The position numbers and the translations under genes are program-made. A stretch of 64,000 nucleotides of DNA. Source: Methanobrevibacter sp. GTDB taxonomy: Archaea; Methanobacteriota; Methanobacteria; Methanobacteriales; Methanobacteriaceae. Location: the NCBI GenBank assembly GCA_017460025.1, contig JAFUBV010000001.1, positions 39,444-103,443 on the forward strand. The letters run 5' to 3'. Numbering within the stretch: position 1 is the first letter of the stretch; every line of letters starts with the position of its first letter. A model generated the notes under the pieces. It worked only from the letters and a program-made list of their open reading frames with translations, searched no databases and was not told where the DNA came from. Shown piece by piece: positions 18,006 through 29,273 of this stretch.

Positions 18006-18968
18006 TTAATCTACTCTTAATTTTATGCTGCGATAAATTTGATAGTAGTTTCCGGAACCTACAAACATGAAATGCATGTCATATGTTCCTGGGTCTAAAT
18101 TGATACCTATTGTTCCACCATTATCAATATTCCTATTTGCACCGTTAATAGTATATTGTATTGTTGTGTTTGGGATTTGATAGTTACTGATAGTAGGATA
18201 TGAGTCTGCAGGGTTACCTACAGATTCTTGGTCAAAAAGTATAACTTTTAAACGAGTACCTCTATCAATAGCAATTAAGTTTTGATTAGTAGCATCTTTA
18301 TCTGAACTAATGTATAATCCAGGAATTCTTTTTTTAGCTTTCGCACCTTCGGTGATGCCATCTAATTTTATTTTATCTGCACTAGACATTAAACCTCTAT
18401 TAGAACTACTTGCCATAGTTAATCCTGCTTTTTTATCTAGTTCGGCGAGGATTAATCTTGATTCTATTGGATTTGTACTTTCTTGAATCCATTGATTATC
18501 CACAGTAACTAATTCATCTTTATCTGCTTTATCTGCCAAATCATCTGCTAAACCTGTAATATTATTAATTGTATGAGTATGATTAGCATTTGCTTTATTA
18601 CTTAGAGCTGAATTAATCACTTTGTTTTGTACCGGATTGGTGGATGAATTATTTAATGCTGTGTCGATTGCATGAGTATGATTTGCATTAGCTTTATCAT
18701 CTATAGCTTCTTTAAGTATTTTATTTTGAACTGGATTTGTAGATGAACTGCTTAATGATGAATCGACTGGATGTGTATGATTAGTATCTGATTTGGCATT
18801 TAATTTTGTTGTTACTTCGGTTTCAGTGAAATAACGGTCATCATGAATATGGTCCACATCAGATTTTGCATCTAAAAGAGTATCCATATCACTTTTCGGA
18901 TAAAAATGTGATTTCATAGCTTCTTTAATATTGCATAATAAGTCACTTATACTGTCTATTTCAACCAT
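18006..18968 (-). CDS. Tail fibre-like repeat protein
   Basis: HxH repeats, SSTNPVQNK twice, GLMSSADKIKLDGI; C-terminal Ig-like INLDPGTY. Confidence 0.75.
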   Translation of the reverse strand: MVEIDSISDLLCNIKEAMKSHFYPKSDMDTLLDAKSDVDHIHDDRYFTETEVTTKLNAKSDTNHTHPVDSSLSSSSTNPVQNKILKEAIDDKANANHTHAIDTALNNSSTNPVQNKVINSALSNKANANHTHTINNITGLADDLADKADKDELVTVDNQWIQESTNPIESRLILAELDKKAGLTMASSSNRGLMSSADKIKLDGITEGAKAKKRIPGLYISSDKDATNQNLIAIDRGTRLKVILFDQESVGNPADSYPTISNYQIPNTTIQYTINGANRNIDNGGTIGINLDPGTYDMHFMFVGSGNYYQIYRSIKLRVD

Positions 18969-18972
18969 ATTA

Positions 18973-19764
18973 TCATTCCTCCATTGTTATCCAAGATGCC
19001 TGACCATGAAATACCCCATTACCTCCGCTACTGATAAAAGCAGAGATGCCTCCATCTTCATGTACCACAATATGCTGACTTCCAACGACAACATCATCAA
19101 TATAAATTTTTGTTGGAGGAAGACAATTATCCGGTATTTTTAGGTTTGTGGGGAAATACATGTCTCTTGCCTGACTATTTGCATGCCATTCTACAATATG
19201 TAATGAAACAACATTTCCTGATTTATAGAGTTTCCACTTACTATGGCGAATTTCATCACTATCTATTTTTGTTGGAGAAAATGAACCTTTTAAATCCGTG
19301 ATTTTTTCATCAAGGACATATCCTTGTTTTGCAGATAATGCTTCACCGTTACGGAATGTTTCACTATTTAAATTATCTATTGTTTTTACATGACCATAAA
19401 CACTATTAGTTCCTAAGCCATATTCTGCAGTAGTGCTTGAATGTGATTTAGGAGTATAAGTGTAATTAGGTATGTTTTCTATTTTAAGAAATTTATCACT
19501 AGTTATTCCATTAAATAAGGTTGCATTAATAGTATTTTTTCTTAAAGAATTAGTTAAAATGTCTTTTAATTCTCTGACACTTATATACGTAGAATCTAAG
19601 TTATCTAATTTGCTTGTTAATTCATCCAATCGTGTCTGGTCAACTAATGTGATTTTATCAATTACATCTTCTCCATCATAGATAACTACTTCGGCACCAA
19701 TACTGTCTCCAGTACTGTTTGTTTTGTAACATCTTACTTTAAATTCTGTCATAAAATAAAACAC
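18973..19764 (-). CDS. Tail fibre-associated protein
   Basis: YGHVK and ALSAKQGYVL fibre motifs; beta-rich C-terminal tip. Confidence 0.65.
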   Translation of the reverse strand: MFYFMTEFKVRCYKTNSTGDSIGAEVVIYDGEDVIDKITLVDQTRLDELTSKLDNLDSTYISVRELKDILTNSLRKNTINATLFNGITSDKFLKIENIPNYTYTPKSHSSTTAEYGLGTNSVYGHVKTIDNLNSETFRNGEALSAKQGYVLDEKITDLKGSFSPTKIDSDEIRHSKWKLYKSGNVVSLHIVEWHANSQARDMYFPTNLKIPDNCLPPTKIYIDDVVVGSQHIVVHEDGGISAFISSGGNGVFHGQASWITMEE

Positions 19765-19773
19765 CCCATTTTT

Positions 19774-22065
19774 TTATGATTTGTATTCTATGTAATTTGG
19801 TTCAATGACCACTTTGTCATCTGTATTAATACGTGATGCACGATAGCCTAGACTAATGCTGTTATCATCTAGGTTTGGAGTGTAAACTATAGTTATGATA
19901 TCATTTAATTGTATTCTTGGTGATTCTCCATCGAAATTAACAATGTCTAATATAATTGCTTGTTCTTCAATGTGATAGTCAATGTTTTCAATTAATTGGT
20001 ATTCATTAGCCGTTCCTGATTCACTGTTTATCACTACTTTTCGTATTGGGTCTACAGGTTCAGCTCTTAAATCTATCCTGTAATTACTAATCATATCTTC
20101 GGATACAACAATATTCTCTTCGAAATAATCAAGTATTAATCCTTCGGTTCCATCTTCTCTCAAACCTACTTCGTTACTGTTTAATCCTTCAATGAAGATT
20201 GGATTATAACTTACACTTAATGTTCCTTTAGGTAAAAGGATATCATCAAAGAATGTTAATGTGTTTTCATCGTAATCAACAAGATAATCATACCATTCAC
20301 CATAATTAACATTTAATTCTCCGCTTGTTGATGGTTGTAAAACACAGCGAAGTGTTGGATATGCAGGTTTATTTTTGAATTGGAAATCTGTTATGAATCC
20401 ACGAATATAAAGGTTTTCGTTTCTTAAACGAGCTATTAAAGTAGGTTTACCTTCCAAATAATCAATTATTTGTGATTCACTTTTACCAGTTATATCTGAT
20501 GCGATATTTAAATCTTTTAGTGAAGGTAGGTTTGCATAATTTATTAGGTCTGTTGGATCTATTATGATGAAATGTTCCATTACTTCTTTTTCACGTATGA
20601 TTTCTACTGTGCATTCTGTGTTTGGGTCGTTTTTGAATGGTGCGTATATTCTGCCCCACACATTAGCAGATAATATTCCTGTTAATGGTGGTGAGTATGC
20701 TTTTGTTCTAACATACATTTCAGTTGGCACTTCCATTTCTAAAGATAATGTTATATCTTCAATGTATGGTGTTACTTGACCGTTACTTTTCATTATTGCT
20801 CTTAAGAATAATACGTTAGTTGGATTATTGAATATTAAGCTTCCACTTTCTGATATAGGTTGCCATGTTCTACCGTTTTGGGAGACTTCAAATCTTAATG
20901 TATGTCCTTCTGTTGCAGTGTCTCCTGAACAGTTACTTGCTAACATTATTTCTTTTATTGGATTAGCGAAAATTGGTTTGAAATAAACATAAAACTCTTG
21001 ACTTGAATCATAACCTGTTTTTAATTCTTTAATATGGCATTGGAATGCAAAATCTTGTGGAGCATATTTTCCTTGATGGTAATCTACTTCTTCATCATCT
21101 TTACCATATCGAATCCAAGTATAACCACAATTGAAACTGTAGAATGCATTTCCCTCTTCATAAACATCTGCATGGCAATGTGCGTTCCATCCGCCAATCC
21201 AGTAACAATTGGTTGGATGTGATAATGGGGATAATACTACGATAGCATATGTTTCATTTTTCTCAACTGTGCAAGGATGGTCAAATACTACACTATAAAC
21301 TCCAGGGTCAGTGTTATTGAATTTAACTTCTTGATAAGCTAAATGATTCACACCACTATCCACAGGCACATATATTCCATCAATTAGTTCTGTTTTTCTT
21401 ATTTGTACTATTAATGGCATTCCGGTATTATTTGTTCCATGAAGATTTAACACTACTGATTCAAGTAAACCTGTTGATTTCGCTTTGAATGTTTGAGCTC
21501 TTGAAATACCTGGTATCTCACCATTCAACATGTTTTGTAACCAGTTAGGTCTTGTTTCATAATGTCTGTTCCTATCAAAACCAACATACCAAAATTCATT
21601 ACAGGTCATATCATCAGATATAACATTTCCATCTTCATCTCTAATAGTCCACGGGCTGTAATTCCTTGTATCATTATTAACTGATGATTCTGTGATTCTG
21701 GGTACTTCAAACTTCTGAACAACACCATTATTACTAATAAGGCTTGTTCTAACAGCAGTAGTTTTATCAATATCAATATAATCTAAATCATTGAAATCGA
21801 ATTGCAGAATCTTATGTGTATTACTATCAAAAGTTATTGTTTTATTTTCATTTTCATTATTGTACCCATAACTGTATAATTCTTCAACAGGTATTGTGGA
21901 GAATACTTTTCTTACTGCAGGTGGTGTTAAATATTCTAATTTATCCACCATCTTTTTAAGGTAAGCATCGTTTTTACAGAACTGTCTTAACATATCGGCA
22001 GTCACATATTTTTGTTCACCGAAACTATTCAAACCTAAGTTCCGATATTCAGCTGGACATGGCAT
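19774..22065 (-). CDS. Large virion structural (baseplate/fibre) protein
   Basis: 763 aa, beta-rich, located in the baseplate cluster. Confidence 0.6.
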   Translation of the reverse strand: MPCPAEYRNLGLNSFGEQKYVTADMLRQFCKNDAYLKKMVDKLEYLTPPAVRKVFSTIPVEELYSYGYNNENENKTITFDSNTHKILQFDFNDLDYIDIDKTTAVRTSLISNNGVVQKFEVPRITESSVNNDTRNYSPWTIRDEDGNVISDDMTCNEFWYVGFDRNRHYETRPNWLQNMLNGEIPGISRAQTFKAKSTGLLESVVLNLHGTNNTGMPLIVQIRKTELIDGIYVPVDSGVNHLAYQEVKFNNTDPGVYSVVFDHPCTVEKNETYAIVVLSPLSHPTNCYWIGGWNAHCHADVYEEGNAFYSFNCGYTWIRYGKDDEEVDYHQGKYAPQDFAFQCHIKELKTGYDSSQEFYVYFKPIFANPIKEIMLASNCSGDTATEGHTLRFEVSQNGRTWQPISESGSLIFNNPTNVLFLRAIMKSNGQVTPYIEDITLSLEMEVPTEMYVRTKAYSPPLTGILSANVWGRIYAPFKNDPNTECTVEIIREKEVMEHFIIIDPTDLINYANLPSLKDLNIASDITGKSESQIIDYLEGKPTLIARLRNENLYIRGFITDFQFKNKPAYPTLRCVLQPSTSGELNVNYGEWYDYLVDYDENTLTFFDDILLPKGTLSVSYNPIFIEGLNSNEVGLREDGTEGLILDYFEENIVVSEDMISNYRIDLRAEPVDPIRKVVINSESGTANEYQLIENIDYHIEEQAIILDIVNFDGESPRIQLNDIITIVYTPNLDDNSISLGYRASRINTDDKVVIEPNYIEYKS

Positions 22066-22098
22066 GGTTAATTATTCCCTCCTAGAAAAAATTTTTTT

Positions 22099-22776
22099 TT
22101 ATTTTGTCTGAACAACAATTTCTAAAGTTGTTGGATCATCTATTGAATTTAAAGTTTTAATATAAACATTTTTTGAGTTCACATCATAGTAATATGAACC
22201 TTCATATAATTCAGTTAAACAGCTAACTTGATTGTATCCTGAACCGCTACTGTATTCCACTACACCAACAACATTATTAGGTTCATATACATAGAATGCT
22301 CCATTATCTGCAGTTTTCCAGTCACTACGAACCCCACCAGTTATTAGGCTGAAGTCATAATTAATGTGGATGGTACTTGTGCTGTTTCCGAGAAACGTTG
22401 ATGATATTCTTTTGAATATATCGTGGCTTATTAATATTTCATCATTAGCTACTCCGATTTCTGTAGTGTCTAATACTTCACTTGCAGTTACATCGCAGGT
22501 TAAGTTTAGTTTTTTTGTTTTAATGTCTGCTTTTCCAGTACAGTTTTTACGGACTGTTTCCCGTCCAAGTTGGATATCTGTTTTTAATGGTCTTGCAGTT
22601 CCTTTTCCTAATACGATGTATTTAATAACATTGAATTCATTGTTTATCCATCTGTTTAGGAAGAATGATTCTCCTTGTAATGTTATTAAATTTGTGCCTT
22701 TGATAAGTATTTTTGTATTTAAAAACATTGTTTGGAGAGGAATACTTATTGTATACTCTCCTTTCACATTAATCAT
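22099..22776 (-). CDS. Baseplate/tail-collar protein
   Basis: NLITLQG...YIVLGKG...EIGV pattern typical of fibre-collar N-terminal domains. Confidence 0.55.
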   Translation of the reverse strand: MINVKGEYTISIPLQTMFLNTKILIKGTNLITLQGESFFLNRWINNEFNVIKYIVLGKGTARPLKTDIQLGRETVRKNCTGKADIKTKKLNLTCDVTASEVLDTTEIGVANDEILISHDIFKRISSTFLGNSTSTIHINYDFSLITGGVRSDWKTADNGAFYVYEPNNVVGVVEYSSGSGYNQVSCLTELYEGSYYYDVNSKNVYIKTLNSIDDPTTLEIVVQTK

Positions 22777-23039
22777 ATTATATCAACTCTTTTAACTGTA
22801 TTATCTATAGTTAATGATAGTTCTGAAACTATATCTATTGTATTATTTAATTCTTTTTCACCAGTATCTAAGTCTAAATGTACTGTTTTTGATAATGGTG
22901 TTAATTTCTGAATTCTATCAGATAAGTTCGGAACATCTTCTATTGGGATGTTTGATGGTATTTCATCATGTTTAAATGATAAATCATAATCGTTTGGTGT
23001 CCAGTTGAATTTGGACCTCATGTATTTACAATTTTTCAT
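22773..23039 (-). CDS. Hypothetical virion protein
   Basis: ATGA overlaps on both sides. Confidence 0.6.
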   Translation of the reverse strand: MKNCKYMRSKFNWTPNDYDLSFKHDEIPSNIPIEDVPNLSDRIQKLTPLSKTVHLDLDTGEKELNNTIDIVSELSLTIDNTVKRVDII

Positions 23040-26000
23040 TCTTCATCACCTTCATTAATTAATAGAATATCAGGTTCTTCATCAGTATCAACTATGAGAA
23101 TGTCGTCATCGCTTAAATCTGATGTGTCATAATCTACATCTGTTGTGATTATTAATTTAGGATAATCATCAGTTAGTTCCGTTAAAACAAGATATTCTTC
23201 ACTGCTTTCTGATGGGAATGAGTTATCCACTAATTTTATATCCCATGGGCTATCTTTGTTACAGGAAATAATGTAATATGGCATGTGTACTTTAATTGTT
23301 ATATTAATACTAACTGGATTAATGTAGTCATTTCCTTCATATGTTAATTTACATGGGATTTCTTCAATATCTTCAAGAAGAACAGTTACTCCGTTTGCAT
23401 TAACATCCGCTGATGCTATTTCAGAGTTATCATCTGTTCTGGTTAATATTACATTTCCGGTCAATGGGATTCTTGTGTTTCTTGAGACACTGAATGGGAT
23501 AATAGTTGATTCGAAAGCTGGAATTGAATGGCTTGATTCTGCAGTTAATACTGGTGTTACTTTAGATATTGTAATGTTTTTAGTGGTATTTGATGTTTTG
23601 TAGAATGTATTTTCAACGAATTTGAATTGTACTGTGTATGTTCCTGGTCGTAGTACATCTGTGTCCTGTTGGTTGAAAGTTCCATCAGTGATTGTTTTTG
23701 AGTAGTTTTGACTGTTTAATGTAATGTTTAATGTTCCTGTATCTACTGGTCGGTTGTTTTCATCCAGTATTTCACCAGTAATATTTATTAAGTCCCCTGC
23801 AGATAATGTCATGTCTGATGTGATTATTTTGGTGTTTAACTGTTTGAATTCCACAGTAATGTCTTTTGTGAAATTGTTGTATTTATTAGTGGTTTTGTTA
23901 TATTTGATTTGGAATTTAATGTTTTCACCACGAATAGTACTGTTTGTGGTGAATGTTGTTTCCCATTCTCCAAAGATATTTGTTGTTAATGTTTTACTTT
24001 CGATTGTTGCATCATCAACAATCATATTAACAACAATATTCTCATTAGGAACAGGATCTTCTTCTTCATCAACAAGATATCCATTTACATGAATCACATC
24101 ATCAGAATAACTGTAAAAAGATTCATCAGTGAAAATATCTCCAGTTATAGAAAGTTCAGGTTGTATGGTATAAACTACATGTGCAACATTACTGTAAACA
24201 TCTTCATCAACAGTACTGACTGCTTGCAAGTATGTTCCATCACAATTCATAATAGCTTGTGTTGGTAAATTAACTGTACACCAACCATCATCTCCTGTTG
24301 TGTAAACTTGACCAGTATTATTCTCACAAGAACTATTATAAGTATCCCAAATCTTAAATGTGGTTCTTAAAGGATTACCATCATTATTGCTTGCAAAAAC
24401 TTTCAAAGGAATAGTTGGTGATTTTGTTAATAAGATTTTATGTTCTGGATATAATTTTAATTTAATATCCGCTAATTCAGAATCTCTTACTCTTACACGA
24501 TAACTATTACTGATGCTGGAGTAATATTGTCTTGTTTCAGGATATTCAAAGTGCAGATTATGTGTTCCTTTAGCTAATTTACCTGTCCATGACACTTCGC
24601 CCTGATTATTACTTGTTAATGTGGCTTTTACTGAATCATTATCATATAATTTTAAAGTAGCATTTTTGACAGGGTCATTGTTTTCATCAAGAATTGTACC
24701 TGTTAAATGAATATCTTCAGATATTGAGTATATGGATTTTCCTTCACCTAATAATATTACTGAAGTTTCTAATTTAACAATAGATATTGTAAATTGAACA
24801 CTGCTTGTAACATAAGATGTGCCATTTGAATAAACAAGATTATAATTATATGTTCCTTCATTAGCTGGTTTATAAGTTAATGTTTCACCATTACTTATTG
24901 TTTTTACTAAAACTCCATCTTCATATAATTTTAAAGTACCTGTATTAATCACTTCATTATAATAATCTTTTATATGATAATTTACTGTGAATGAATCGTC
25001 AATGAATATTTTATCTACTGTAGAAGCAACCATTGTTGTTGGCATTGCTTCCACTATTGCAGTATAAATTACATTGCTGTTACAATATTTTTTAGATTCT
25101 TCATATTGTGCTTTGAAATTAAATGATCCAATACCTGTGAAGTTATGTTCAAATGAATATTCTCCATTATCATTAGTTGTTGTTGATGCTATTATTCTTT
25201 CATCAGAATCATATAAATTTACAGTTTCATCTGTAATTGGTTCTTCAGTATCTTCAGTAGATAATACTCCACTTACATTATATGAGTGGTGGGCATAGAA
25301 ATTATATGTATTTTGATTCATATGCATCACAGTATTCTTTTTACAAACCCAATCCGGTATAGTAACTGTGATTGGATAATTTAACCTGTTTTCATTAGTG
25401 AAAGTAGTTGAATCAGCTACTAATTCGCAACATTTATGTTTTAATGTGATATTTTGTAAATATAATTTAGTATCTTGTCTTATTTTGAAGATATCCCACC
25501 CATCATTCTGATAGATTACTGCACCTGCAGGACATGAGATTATACTACATGAATCTTCTATTTTAAGAACATTTTCAATGTAAAAATGATTATTTTTATT
25601 TAATAAGACAATTACATTATTTAAACCTTGTATTTTATTAATAGCTTGGGTTAATGTTCTTAAAGGTTTGTCTTTTGTACCTTCATTATTATCATTACCG
25701 TTTACACAATCCACATATAAATCTGCATTTTCGCAGCCTTTAATCATTACGCGTATGGTATCTGATTCAAGATAATTTGTATTGTCTGCTTCTAAATCAG
25801 ATAATTTTTCATATGCTCTGAATGTGAAATCGAATTGATATATTGATTCTATGTTTGGGAAGTCATCTGTTGGAATAGTCCAGTTAGAATTTTTATTTGT
25901 ATCGATAGGTTCAGGTAATGAGAATAATTCGCCGTTAATGTATACTGTGATGTAGAATTGATTATCTACCTTGCGTGCGAATTCATTGAAGAAATTAAAA

Positions 26001-27004
26001 TTAAATGTTATTGATTGTCCTTGTATTGGATTGCTATTATTCACATTTGCGAAAAAGAATATGTTTTCATCTTCTTTACCACACATTAAGTCTTTATGTT
26101 CCCATATGTGGGGTTGCCAGTTAGAATCATATTCTCCGTCACTGTTTAAATGTCTGGATTCTTCAAACATTTTGCAGAGATATTTCTCCCTATTGGTTAA
26201 TGTGATTTCTTCTAATGGTAAACCGTATAATTTCCAGATTTCCAGTACGGGCAATGGTGTATCATGTGAATGATGAATATAATTGATTATCCTGTTCATA
26301 TAGTGATAATCGTCTTCAGTTGATTTATCATTAAAGGAGGGTTCTGTTTTTTGATAGTATGAGATGATCATTCCCCTTGACATTCCATCTAAATCATCTT
26401 CTGTTAATGTATTATAATTTTTTCTTGGAATGTCCCATAATGCTCCGATTTCATCAAGGCTTTCATCATGGTCATAATTGTTTCCTTGAATGGTGTCATT
26501 TTCTGGGAAACATTTGGTTAATGTGTATTCTTCCCATGTTTCCACGATGATTTTGAATGTGTCGTCAGGTATGATTTTAGACTCATCTTTAAGTAGTCTA
26601 TTTCCTTCATTATCTATGATATATGATTCATTATCTTCATCAATATAGAAACCATCAGGTATATTACTTACACCATCATAAGAATAAATGAATGTATCTA
26701 CTTCATCACTATAATTATAAGATTCACTATATATGACTTCATCATTTTTATAACAAGTAACACTTTTCAAATAAGGAAAGTTAGCAATAAAATTAACAGA
26801 ATAATTATACGCTTCACCTTGCTCTTTCCAAACAAATAAACGCTTACCTAAATGCAAACTCTGATACACTTCAAACAAATCATTATACAAACCCTTAAAC
26901 AATTCATTAAAAACATATTCAGATTTATAAAAATTACTATCGGATGATTTCTTCAAAAAATAAGGGAATTTAGCTAATAACTTATCTAAACTAGAATAAA
27001 CCAT
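23036..27004 (-). CDS. Baseplate wedge-type protein fused to adhesin-like Ig repeats
   Basis: LDEIGALWDIPR...DDYHY wedge motif; YVDCVNGNDNNEGT..PLRT motif; multiple Methanobrevibacter-type Ig-like repeats. Confidence 0.7.
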   Translation of the reverse strand: MVYSSLDKLLAKFPYFLKKSSDSNFYKSEYVFNELFKGLYNDLFEVYQSLHLGKRLFVWKEQGEAYNYSVNFIANFPYLKSVTCYKNDEVIYSESYNYSDEVDTFIYSYDGVSNIPDGFYIDEDNESYIIDNEGNRLLKDESKIIPDDTFKIIVETWEEYTLTKCFPENDTIQGNNYDHDESLDEIGALWDIPRKNYNTLTEDDLDGMSRGMIISYYQKTEPSFNDKSTEDDYHYMNRIINYIHHSHDTPLPVLEIWKLYGLPLEEITLTNREKYLCKMFEESRHLNSDGEYDSNWQPHIWEHKDLMCGKEDENIFFFANVNNSNPIQGQSITFNFNFFNEFARKVDNQFYITVYINGELFSLPEPIDTNKNSNWTIPTDDFPNIESIYQFDFTFRAYEKLSDLEADNTNYLESDTIRVMIKGCENADLYVDCVNGNDNNEGTKDKPLRTLTQAINKIQGLNNVIVLLNKNNHFYIENVLKIEDSCSIISCPAGAVIYQNDGWDIFKIRQDTKLYLQNITLKHKCCELVADSTTFTNENRLNYPITVTIPDWVCKKNTVMHMNQNTYNFYAHHSYNVSGVLSTEDTEEPITDETVNLYDSDERIIASTTTNDNGEYSFEHNFTGIGSFNFKAQYEESKKYCNSNVIYTAIVEAMPTTMVASTVDKIFIDDSFTVNYHIKDYYNEVINTGTLKLYEDGVLVKTISNGETLTYKPANEGTYNYNLVYSNGTSYVTSSVQFTISIVKLETSVILLGEGKSIYSISEDIHLTGTILDENNDPVKNATLKLYDNDSVKATLTSNNQGEVSWTGKLAKGTHNLHFEYPETRQYYSSISNSYRVRVRDSELADIKLKLYPEHKILLTKSPTIPLKVFASNNDGNPLRTTFKIWDTYNSSCENNTGQVYTTGDDGWCTVNLPTQAIMNCDGTYLQAVSTVDEDVYSNVAHVVYTIQPELSITGDIFTDESFYSYSDDVIHVNGYLVDEEEDPVPNENIVVNMIVDDATIESKTLTTNIFGEWETTFTTNSTIRGENIKFQIKYNKTTNKYNNFTKDITVEFKQLNTKIITSDMTLSAGDLINITGEILDENNRPVDTGTLNITLNSQNYSKTITDGTFNQQDTDVLRPGTYTVQFKFVENTFYKTSNTTKNITISKVTPVLTAESSHSIPAFESTIIPFSVSRNTRIPLTGNVILTRTDDNSEIASADVNANGVTVLLEDIEEIPCKLTYEGNDYINPVSINITIKVHMPYYIISCNKDSPWDIKLVDNSFPSESSEEYLVLTELTDDYPKLIITTDVDYDTSDLSDDDILIVDTDEEPDILLINEGDEE

Positions 27005-27005
27005 A

Positions 27006-28163
27006 TTACACCATCTCAATTGTAATTATGTTCGCAGTACCAATTTCTTCATCAGTAATCGTAATATAATTTTCAGGAACATTAAAAGTAATATTTTTCA
27101 ATTCAGGAATCTGTTTATCCAAGAAAGCACCTAGTTTATAAGGAATGAAATCTTCTCCAATACTCAAACCTTTATGATACTCACCAGTGACGATATTTTT
27201 ACCACCATCAATGAATAGTTTAATAGCAGAAACTATTTTAGATTTAATTTCTTCCTTTTCATTACTACTGTAAGGATTAACACGGTCAATATCAACATCC
27301 ACTACCGCATAAACATTAATTGGAATTTTAACTGGAGCGGTCATACAAATATCTTCACTAGCTTGACTAATTTGTGATTGTAAATCATTATATGCTTGAC
27401 CTAACTGATAATCAGTTCCAGGATCTAAAATAATTTTAATTGTTCCAGAACCATCCCAATTAGGAATAAAACTATAACCATCTAAACCATCGAAATTATC
27501 TAGATAATTAATGAAAGCCCATTCGTTCCCTTTTTGGAAGATTTCTTTATGATGTTTTAATAATAAACGGTATTCTTCGTCATTAAAACCTTCACGGCCT
27601 CCACTACTAGCACTTCCATTATTAACTCTTGTGGAAGATTGTGTTGATGATAAATCGGATTCTAATTTAGAAATCTGATTTTCAATAATAATACTACCCG
27701 TTCCAGGGTTTACTGCTACAGCATTAACTGTACCTGTTAATTCACCTGTTGGAATATATAATTCTTCTACAGTACGATAACTAATACCGTTTTGAGTAGT
27801 TACTAATATTCCTGGAGATTCTAACACATCAGTATCCTGATCATGATTTAATGTGAATGTTACTTCCACACTTGCACGTGTAGCTTGAGGCCTAGGAATT
27901 CCTAACATTAATCCAATATCATCTAAATCAGAACCTATTGCATGATTGATTTTATCTGAAAAATAAACTTCAGTCATATCAGAATATACCTGTTCAAAGA
28001 TTTCAGAATGAATGCTTAACAGCATAACATAAAAGTTACTTATGTCTTGTTTATTACTAACGTATCTTTCAAATTCTTCTTGATGACTAATTAAACTTTG
28101 TTTTAAAGCTTCATTCAAAGCTTTTAGAAAAATTTCTTTATAATATTTCCTTACATAAGTCAT
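27006..28163 (-). CDS. Baseplate J-like wedge protein
   Basis: AIGSDLDDIG..LGIPRPQAT.A, AVNPG.G, GG...NDEEYR motifs. Confidence 0.85.
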   Translation of the reverse strand: MTYVRKYYKEIFLKALNEALKQSLISHQEEFERYVSNKQDISNFYVMLLSIHSEIFEQVYSDMTEVYFSDKINHAIGSDLDDIGLMLGIPRPQATRASVEVTFTLNHDQDTDVLESPGILVTTQNGISYRTVEELYIPTGELTGTVNAVAVNPGTGSIIIENQISKLESDLSSTQSSTRVNNGSASSGGREGFNDEEYRLLLKHHKEIFQKGNEWAFINYLDNFDGLDGYSFIPNWDGSGTIKIILDPGTDYQLGQAYNDLQSQISQASEDICMTAPVKIPINVYAVVDVDIDRVNPYSSNEKEEIKSKIVSAIKLFIDGGKNIVTGEYHKGLSIGEDFIPYKLGAFLDKQIPELKNITFNVPENYITITDEEIGTANIITIEMV

Positions 28164-28600
28164 AAATTCACTCTCCCCATCACAGTCTTATCTGATATGC
28201 TTGTTACGTTGAATTCTACTAAGTATTTGTAAGTGTTACCTTTGGGATTATCGGTTATATTGACATAATTAACCTTTTTAACTCTTCGCATGTGCGTTAA
28301 GACGTCTTCGATGAATAATTCGATTTTATATTCAACCATTCTGGATTTATTGGCTTTGATTAATTCGTGGACTCTACAACCGAACTCATTGTATAATTGG
28401 TTATGTGATAATTCTTTGTAACGAGTCATTATAGCAATGCAAATAGCATTGCGTAAGCTGTCATGGCCGGTTAGATTGATTATATCTCCATTTTCAAAGG
28501 TCATGTCCCATTGGTTATGTTCATCGGGTTTTAATTCTATATCTTCATTTAACGTTTTGTAGAACCTGTATCCTTCATCTTCATAATCAATCGGAAGCAT
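28160..28600 (-). CDS. Baseplate wedge/sheath initiator (gp25/W-like)
   Basis: SLRNAI...MT...E....YNEFGC motif; position upstream of J. Confidence 0.75.
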   Translation of the reverse strand: MLPIDYEDEGYRFYKTLNEDIELKPDEHNQWDMTFENGDIINLTGHDSLRNAICIAIMTRYKELSHNQLYNEFGCRVHELIKANKSRMVEYKIELFIEDVLTHMRRVKKVNYVNITDNPKGNTYKYLVEFNVTSISDKTVMGRVNL

Positions 28601-29273
28601 TATTATCCTCTCCTAATAACTCGTTTTTCAAATCATCAATAGCTTTGCTTATTAATTCATCCACTTCTTTTTTAGTGTAGACTTCTTTTTTAGTGTAAAC
28701 AGTACTGGAATTAGCATAAGTCATAACATTAGTTTCTGATGGAGTTTCACCTTCATTGAAAGTCACTCCTTTTGCAGAATCCATATTAATATCTCCTAAA
28801 CCAATGTCTAAACCGAATTCATTGGTTCCTCCAATGTCTGTTATACGATAATGGCCTTCAGCTGCTGGAGAAGTGTAAAGGATATCATCTTTGATGTAAT
28901 ATCCTAAAAGCAACATTTCTTTAGTGTTATCATTAACATCTGCAATAAGACAGTCAAGTTCACCTCTTGGAATAACACAAGGCTCTTGTAATGTTTCGCA
29001 GAAACTGTAATCGCCTTGGGGTGTGAAAAAATCAATTAATGAACCAGTCATACGATGTAGGATTTTGCAGAGGATTAATTTTTTATTAACTCTAACTTCT
29101 GCTTTATCTAAGTAAGGGTAATATTTAGTTAAAACTCCTAAATGGATTTTTGAAGTGTTAACTTCTTTTTTAATCTCTTTATCCAGTTTATCATTCACAA
29201 CAGATTCTATGATTGGTGACATTGCGTTAATTACTCTTCCATCAGTGGTTGTAATATTATTTGAGGTTTTCAT
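28587..29273 (-). CDS. Baseplate spike (gpV-like)
   Basis: Position between hub and wedge; OB-like N-terminus. Confidence 0.5.
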   Translation of the reverse strand: MKTSNNITTTDGRVINAMSPIIESVVNDKLDKEIKKEVNTSKIHLGVLTKYYPYLDKAEVRVNKKLILCKILHRMTGSLIDFFTPQGDYSFCETLQEPCVIPRGELDCLIADVNDNTKEMLLLGYYIKDDILYTSPAAEGHYRITDIGGTNEFGLDIGLGDINMDSAKGVTFNEGETPSETNVMTYANSSTVYTKKEVYTKKEVDELISKAIDDLKNELLGEDNNASD

